This document shows positions 63,953 to 64,000 of a stretch of DNA of 64,000 nucleotides, piece by piece. Position numbers and translations under genes: made by a program. A model generated the notes under the pieces. The model was not told the origin of the DNA. It was given only the letters and a program-made list of their open reading frames with translations, and did not search any database. Source of the DNA: Calditrichia bacterium (GTDB lineage: Bacteria; Calditrichota; Calditrichia; RBG-13-44-9; J075); the NCBI GenBank assembly GCA_020635015.1, contig JACKAP010000006.1:76998-140997 (forward strand). Direction: 5' to 3'. How positions within the stretch are numbered: position 1 is the stretch's first letter; every line of letters starts with the position of its first letter.

Positions 63953-64000
63953 TCGATTCCTCTCCGCTTTTTTCCGTCTCAGTGAAATTCAATTTACAGA

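Noticed and set aside
1-64000. Prophage, genomic island, integron or defence island
   Set aside because: I recognised no integrase, transposase, phage structural gene, restriction-modification system, toxin-antitoxin pair or known defence gene. The repeats found are non-autonomous.

Overview
64-kb chromosomal segment of a moderately GC-rich bacterium. The gene content (GWxTD protein, DUF5683-like protein, PEGA-domain Ser/Thr kinase, 7TMR-DISM/LytTR two-component pair) suggests an uncultivated FCB-superphylum-like lineage; this is inference only. About 54 protein-coding genes can be supported. I saw no rRNA, tRNA, CRISPR array, transposase or integrase. Housekeeping anchors are dnaA (with rpmB just upstream, so the replication origin is probably nearby), ftsY, rimO, tsaC, ald, kefG/kefC and glgC. 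The most interesting content is: (i) a tightly packed six-gene minus-strand operon (36527-42765) that I cannot match to a characterised pathway. It encodes a urea-transporter-like membrane domain fused to an M23/LytM domain, a predicted outer-membrane beta-barrel, a small secreted protein, a PqqD-like protein, an ATP-grasp ligase and an Orn/DAP/Arg-type PLP decarboxylase. (ii) An ECF sigma / ZAS anti-sigma / TPR-CHAT protease triad (27774-32855). (iii) An operon pairing an FHA protein with an FHA-GAF-PAS protein that ends in a Cys-rich module. (iv) An unusually heavy load of intergenic 7-8-nt tandem repeats (GGATAAA, GGATGAA, GCATCCA, CAACCCAT and others) arranged as hairpins. These include inverted composite copies that exactly bracket an S9 peptidase gene. 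(v) Several families of ~70-100-bp palindromic MITE/REP-like elements. One gene (MqnA-like) appears frameshifted. Many long antisense 'shadow' ORFs in the ORF track are rejected.
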